From the IMG/VR virus record IMGVR_UViG_3300021197_001243, positions 1 through 64,000 of that record: 64,000 nt of DNA; one strand, 5' to 3'. The notes beneath the pieces are model-generated. The model saw nothing but the letters and a program-made list of their open reading frames with translations, made no database searches and was not told the origin of the DNA. Origin of the DNA: a virus. Positions 59,362 through 64,000 of this stretch are shown here, in pieces; the stretch's first letter is position 1, and the number at the start of each line of letters is the position of its first letter. The position numbers and the translations under genes were made by a program.

Positions 59362-60282
59362 TTAGTTTGAAAGTTCTTTATGTCGAAGTCTAAGAGTATT
59401 CAATACCCCCGATCTTTTTGGACTCTTAAGCACTCTAATAGCATCGTCCATGTCCTCCCCTAAAGTCTCATCTACATTTACAATAGCGTTACCTACTTTA
59501 TGAAGTACGCCTGATTCTATAAACGAGCTTATCTCGGCTCTTATGTCCAGATTTTCATCTGTGGCAAATTTAAGGAATTTTGCTGGACTTTTTTGCTTAA
59601 GATCAAAAAGCATATTCTCTACTTGCTCAGAATCTAAAGTATCCACTTTAACATTACTTAAAACTCGTAGAATGTTTTTCATTCTAACTACATCGTCCGA
59701 TGCTTTTATAAATTCTCTATCTGCACGTTTTGCAACTTGTACAGAATTGTTTTTCTTCTTATCATCCTTGTTAGGATCTTGGATATAAAATCTCATAAGA
59801 GAACTTTTTTGCATTTCCTCAAGGCTATCTGCTACAAGAGGATGTCTTTTTGCAAAATTATATTTTATAAAATCCATTAGATTAAGAGGTTCTCCATCTT
59901 GATCTTTTCCCACTTCAAGCTCCATACCTGCAAATCCTACAGGGATTCTAAGTTCAGCCCAAAACCTTCTTACATATCTAGACCATTCTCTGTCTTCTGG
60001 ACCTACATCCAAAAGAGTTGCAAGATATTTAGTCTCAATTTCTGTATCCGTGAAACCTCTTAAAGGTTGACGGTTTACAAATACACTTGAAAGTTTAACT
60101 ACAGCTTCTGCTCTGATCTCTTTAGGGAGATGACTAGCCACTTCTTTTCTTCGGACATATATTTTTTTAGTCCCAAAGTCTACAGATGCTTTTATAGTGG
60201 TGGATTTTTTTGAAGTTGTTGTTTCGACGTCCTTCTCAGCCGCTGCTTTAGGCGCAGTTTCCTTTTTTGTTTTTGTTGTCAT
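59362..60282 (-). CDS. conserved crAss-like protein downstream of the MCP (gene 75-like)
   Basis: PLNLMDFIKYNF..RHP.VA, FYIQDP, PAKFL; ATG at 60282 preferred to the GTG at 60327. Confidence 0.75.
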   Translation of the reverse strand: MTTKTKKETAPKAAAEKDVETTTSKKSTTIKASVDFGTKKIYVRRKEVASHLPKEIRAEAVVKLSSVFVNRQPLRGFTDTEIETKYLATLLDVGPEDREWSRYVRRFWAELRIPVGFAGMELEVGKDQDGEPLNLMDFIKYNFAKRHPLVADSLEEMQKSSLMRFYIQDPNKDDKKKNNSVQVAKRADREFIKASDDVVRMKNILRVLSNVKVDTLDSEQVENMLFDLKQKSPAKFLKFATDENLDIRAEISSFIESGVLHKVGNAIVNVDETLGEDMDDAIRVLKSPKRSGVLNTLRLRHKELSN

Positions 60283-60336
60283 AATTCTTTCTAGTTTAGG
60301 TTTTCTGAGGTGTAAAGAATAACTCACTCAGAATGT

Positions 60337-60370
60337 AAATAAAGGGGAGAAGAAATATACTCTCCTCCCC
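60337..60370 (-). terminator. intrinsic terminator after the major capsid gene
   Basis: minus strand GGGGAGGAGA-GTATATT-TCTTCTCCCC followed by TTTATTT. Confidence 0.85.
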
Positions 60371-60387
60371 CAATATCTACAGTTTAC

Positions 60388-61842
60388 TTACGATGCTACG
60401 CACTCGATGTCAAGGCTAGTATCAAATCTGCTCAAGCAGACAGCACCAGTCTTCAACATGTGTACAGAAGCACCATCTACGTCAGATGCACGAGAAGTGT
60501 TTGCATCGAATCCTCGAGGCACAACAGATCCAGGTACACACCATCGTAGGTGTTCGCGTCCTTTCTTAGAGATCATCTTAAGGTTTGCTTTTCCGTCATA
60601 ATTAGACTGGTCAACAAATACCATACGATAAGACTCTAAAGAATATCCAGTTACTGGATGAAGAGCTCGAGCACGAGCAACAGGACCGTGATCAAACAAC
60701 GGCATTTTCACAACATTAACAGCATGACCGTCAATGTGCTCATAACGCTTGAAGTATCCTGTAAGTCCAAGATTTCTTCCTGATCCGTTGATGAACTCAG
60801 TAGTTGCACTTGCTTGCCACTGATTTGCATTGAAGTAAGCCTTCATTGCAGCATCAAATTCTCTCATACCACCAGTACCAGTGTAAAGAGTAACCTGCTT
60901 TTGGTTAGCATCAGTCATTCCGTAGAATAGGTCACCAATGATGTTCAAAAGTTGGTTTTCAGTCAAAGTAGCATAAGTCTCACGGTTGATGATTTGCTCA
61001 AGAAGACCTGGGCCAACAACAACTGGCTGTCCATTCTCATCTCGCATATTTACAACACCGTCATCGCCATACGTACGCTGACCGTACCAGTACATCATCT
61101 CGCATTCTTCTTTGAACTCAAGCATGTGCTGGTATTCTTCGTAATCCATCCAAAGTTTTGTAGTACCTCCGCCTTTCTTAGGAAGTGCGAACTCAGCTAC
61201 AAAATCTTTAGCGTTACCTGACATATGGTAAGACTTACGTACTGTGGTAAGCTTGTTACGTACAAGCCCTGGAGCTTGCCAGTTAGAAGCATTTCCACGA
61301 GAGAAGTCTACTCCAACAGGTGCAAACAACTGAGCCCATAGGTCTCCCGCTGTAAATCCTGTAGTTAGAACTGTAGCTGCTGCTGGGTTTACAAGTTGAA
61401 GAGTATATACCCATCCTTGTCCAGTGCTTGAAGCTACAGGCTCTCTCATAATACGAGCTTGCTCTCCTGCTCCGTTCACAAGAACGTAAGGAAATACAAA
61501 CCACTTATCAGGGAATGTTAGTTCAAAAGTAGATCCTCCCTGTCCTAGGTTAGTTCCACCGTTAGTGACTGCCACAGGGCGAGTCATAAGTTTTCGAGTT
61601 GCTACACGATATTCATACTCCAATCGGTCAATAGATTCAACATTACCTACACCTTCTGACATAAAAGAAAGTGGGAAACGCATATCATCTCGTCCTGCGA
61701 GGTGTGTGATTATCGGAGACAATTCAGTCGGCTTTGACAACATTGCGTTAGCCAGACTGTTCATGTCTGTCATCTGCGCATCGTTGAAAGTCGTGCGTAC
61801 GACGGAAATATTCTCTCCGCCATTTCTTGGTCCATTAATCAT
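60388..61842 (-). CDS. major capsid protein (crAss-type HK97 fold)
   Basis: 484 aa; MTDMNSL, RNKLTTVRKS, GPGLLEQI, LYTGTGGMREF, HPVTGYSLESYRMVFVD. Confidence 0.93.
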   Translation of the reverse strand: MINGPRNGGENISVVRTTFNDAQMTDMNSLANAMLSKPTELSPIITHLAGRDDMRFPLSFMSEGVGNVESIDRLEYEYRVATRKLMTRPVAVTNGGTNLGQGGSTFELTFPDKWFVFPYVLVNGAGEQARIMREPVASSTGQGWVYTLQLVNPAAATVLTTGFTAGDLWAQLFAPVGVDFSRGNASNWQAPGLVRNKLTTVRKSYHMSGNAKDFVAEFALPKKGGGTTKLWMDYEEYQHMLEFKEECEMMYWYGQRTYGDDGVVNMRDENGQPVVVGPGLLEQIINRETYATLTENQLLNIIGDLFYGMTDANQKQVTLYTGTGGMREFDAAMKAYFNANQWQASATTEFINGSGRNLGLTGYFKRYEHIDGHAVNVVKMPLFDHGPVARARALHPVTGYSLESYRMVFVDQSNYDGKANLKMISKKGREHLRWCVPGSVVPRGFDANTSRASDVDGASVHMLKTGAVCLSRFDTSLDIECVAS

Positions 61843-61867
61843 TTGTTTTCAATTTAAAATTCGGAGA

Positions 61868-62971
61868 TCAGCCTCCTAGGTTGTTAATATCAAAGTCTAA
61901 AGACTCAAATCCACTGTTAGAGCTATTTGATTTAGATCTAACACTCTTAGCCTTTTTACTATGACTTTCCAACTTTGTCTTTAGGGATTTAGCAGCTTTA
62001 GTAGTTGCTCTCTTCCCAATATATTTATCAATATCAAATCCTTTAAACATCAAGAAGTCTACAGCCAATTTCTGGTCCATACCTGCTTGATGAAAATCTA
62101 TATCTCTTTGAGTTGCCCCAGTAGAGTCTATAGGTTTTGATATATAGTCGAAGAATTTACCCTTATCTCTTTGTGAGATAGGAATCCCCGATAAGTTATC
62201 TGCTTCTGAGATTGTGGTACTTACATTCTCCCACATCTGCGCAGTTTGAGCATGTCTTTCTGCATTTACTCTTCTTTGATCTTCCAAAGTAGCTTCTCTT
62301 TGAAGAGCTTGTGCATCAGAAAGTGCTTTTTTAGCAGCCTCAGCTTTATCTTTTAGAGTTCCTTTATCTTCGTATGATTCTAACATATCTCCAATAAAAT
62401 CCTTCTCTGTACCTCTTGCTATAAAGTAATCCGTAAGAACTCTTTTTTGCGAATTGGTATCATCTTCTTTAATTTCTATTCTAGAGTAATCTGTTTCAGG
62501 AGTAAAGGCCCTCATAAACTCATTAGGGTCTCCACCTTGTTGCACATACTCTAAATGCTTTTGCACTGTAGGAAATCTTTCAAAAAGACTATCTAAAGTT
62601 TCGACAGCAAGTTTTTCAGAAATAGTTTGAGTGAGCTTAGTAAGCCCTTCAGTCGTGTCTTCAAATTCATCATCAATTTCATATCCAAATTTTTCTAAAA
62701 TTTCACCAACCACTGTAGATTCTTCTTCAGTGTCTGTATCTTCATCTTTAGGTTCGACTCTTAAAGGAGATTCTTCAACCTCATCTATAGTCTCATCTAC
62801 ATCCTCTGTTTCAGTCTCTGCTACAGGTTCTTCAATATCTGCAGGTTTTATTTCTGCAGCGGGTTCTACTTCTTTTGTAGGCTCTTCCTTAGCAGGTTCT
62901 TCCCTTACCGGCTGAGGAGTCAGTATATCATCAAATTCGATATCTAACGGCTCTATTTGATTATCTTTCAT
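61868..62971 (-). CDS. putative scaffolding protein (crAss gene 77-like)
   Basis: very acidic N-terminus, helical body; immediately upstream of the MCP. Confidence 0.78.
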   Translation of the reverse strand: MKDNQIEPLDIEFDDILTPQPVREEPAKEEPTKEVEPAAEIKPADIEEPVAETETEDVDETIDEVEESPLRVEPKDEDTDTEEESTVVGEILEKFGYEIDDEFEDTTEGLTKLTQTISEKLAVETLDSLFERFPTVQKHLEYVQQGGDPNEFMRAFTPETDYSRIEIKEDDTNSQKRVLTDYFIARGTEKDFIGDMLESYEDKGTLKDKAEAAKKALSDAQALQREATLEDQRRVNAERHAQTAQMWENVSTTISEADNLSGIPISQRDKGKFFDYISKPIDSTGATQRDIDFHQAGMDQKLAVDFLMFKGFDIDKYIGKRATTKAAKSLKTKLESHSKKAKSVRSKSNSSNSGFESLDFDINNLGG

Positions 62972-62976
62972 TATTA

Positions 62977-63008
62977 CAAAATTAAATGGAATGTTTTATT
63001 ACACCCAA
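62977..63008 (-). promoter_or_regulatory. Bacteroidota primary-sigma promoter for the scaffold-MCP operon
   Basis: minus strand TTGG(63008-63005)-N20-TAATTTTG(62984-62977); consensus is TTTG-N19-21-TAnnTTTG. Confidence 0.65.
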
Positions 63009-63050
63009 TAATATTCTTTTTTATAAGTGTAGTTATAATATAGCATTTTA

Positions 63051-64000
63051 CTATTGATATCTATGTAAACCTCCATCTCTAAATTCTTTTCTACCAGTAT
63101 TATCCCCATAATTTACATATCCTTCAGGAATAGTTTCCCATTTTTTAGTTTTTCTATTATATCTAGGAAGTCCTTTAGCATCATAAGTTTCTGCTGTACC
63201 AAAGGTTATAGCATTAGTAGGTGCTACAGTTGGCTCAATTATATCTTCATTGCCTACTTCTGTAGGTAATAAATTCGGGTGTTTAACTGGCATCTGTTTA
63301 ATTGGATCAATCTTATTCCACCAATTTCCTGGTGGAGGAAATCGTGTTGAAGTAGTAGGAGTAGGAGATGTTTGATTTTTAATGTAGCTGTCTGGAACTC
63401 CTTTTGAGCCATATTTCTCTACCCGCATCTTTTTTTGCTCTGGAGTAAGCATATCAAAAGGTGTAATAGCCAAATCATCATATGTATATATATGCACTTT
63501 TCTTGAATTTACTTCATGAGAGCCGTCTCTTGGAAGAGCAGTTAATTCAGCTTCTCCTTGCGGATCGATAAACCTATGTCTATACGTTGTAGGAAAGTCA
63601 TCATCATCTCCACCACCCTGCCACCAATCTTTAGCTCCAACAAGATTTCCTTTTCTAGTTGGGGGAGATGAATTTGGGTCTAAATTCTTTTTTTCATAGT
63701 TTAAAGCGTCTACCAGTCCTTGAGAATCTTCAGACCATCCCTCTCTGGTCAGGAGTTGTGAATTATACATATCATCTGCTTGAGATGAGCTGCTTGTTTC
63801 TAAAAATTTAACATCTTTAGTTCCTTTGGCTATTAAGTCCGCAAGTATTTTATTGTTCTGCAATAAATTTATAGAGTCCAACCTTGTTGGAACTCCAGCA
63901 TTTTGATATTTAGGTAAACCTCCGTTTTGATAATTTGTTACAACTTTACGTTCTCCAGTATTATCTCCAGGGTTATAGGTTCTTGTTGCTTTCCCTTCCT
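63051..64000 (-). CDS. putative internal virion protein, 5'-truncated by the window edge
   Basis: frame stays open from 63881 to the edge (…GKATRTYNPGDNTGERKVVTNYQNGGLPKYQNAGVPTRLDSIN…); carries xGGL.xYQ motifs. Confidence 0.7.
   Translation of the reverse strand, partial: EGKATRTYNPGDNTGERKVVTNYQNGGLPKYQNAGVPTRLDSINLLQNNKILADLIAKGTKDVKFLETSSSSQADDMYNSQLLTREGWSEDSQGLVDALNYEKKNLDPNSSPPTRKGNLVGAKDWWQGGGDDDDFPTTYRHRFIDPQGEAELTALPRDGSHEVNSRKVHIYTYDDLAITPFDMLTPEQKKMRVEKYGSKGVPDSYIKNQTSPTPTTSTRFPPPGNWWNKIDPIKQMPVKHPNLLPTEVGNEDIIEPTVAPTNAITFGTAETYDAKGLPRYNRKTKKWETIPEGYVNYGDNTGRKEFRDGGLHRYQ

Noticed and set aside
15-62915. Many short antisense or nested ORFs in the track (e.g. 569..766, 12015..12311, 32823..33380, 52022..52366, 62631..62915)
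   Set aside because: They are shadow frames of well-supported genes, with Ser/Phe/Ile-rich composition and no motifs.
63879-63881. TTG start for the 276-aa ORF
   Set aside because: The frame is open to the window edge and carries the shared motif upstream, so the gene is truncated by the window.
1-64000. Stop-codon reassignment (TAG/TGA) as in some gut crAss-like phages
   Set aside because: Core genes are full length and densely packed in the standard code; TAG and TGA act as real stops (e.g. 1055, 48097, 61868); no suppressor tRNA seen.

Overview
The window is a 64-kb internal part of a crAss-like phage genome (Crassvirales-type), probably from an environmental or marine Bacteroidota (Flavobacteria-like) host, in the standard genetic code. 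Two convergent blocks meet at a bidirectional hairpin near 20.3 kb. The + strand (1-20.3 kb) carries replication and early genes: crAss-type SSB, SET-domain protein, MazG-like protein, PolA, SF2 helicase, replisome organiser, DnaB, Sak4-like ATPase, primase, resolvase, rIIA/rIIB, 5'-3' exonuclease, a DnaA-CTD protein, an array of small ORFs joined by a repeated start-codon motif, and a spore photoproduct lyase-like radical SAM enzyme. The - strand (20.3-64 kb) carries virion genes: scaffold, major capsid, ring/tail/fibre proteins, IHF-like protein, muzzle, and four large ejected cargo proteins including a 4324-aa virion RNA polymerase polyprotein. Main unexplained signals: (1) by eye, the four cargo proteins (~7400 aa) hold only two cysteines, one at the C-terminus of the RNAP and one at the N-terminus of the translationally coupled next protein, suggesting a head-to-tail disulfide-linked ejection chain; (2) a cassette-like array of small genes joined by a 20-bp repeat; (3) a recurring K-Y-Q-x-G-G peptide tag on internal virion proteins; (4) a possible T4 gene 32-like pseudoknot operator ahead of the SSB. 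All family calls come from motif recognition and gene order; no searches were run.
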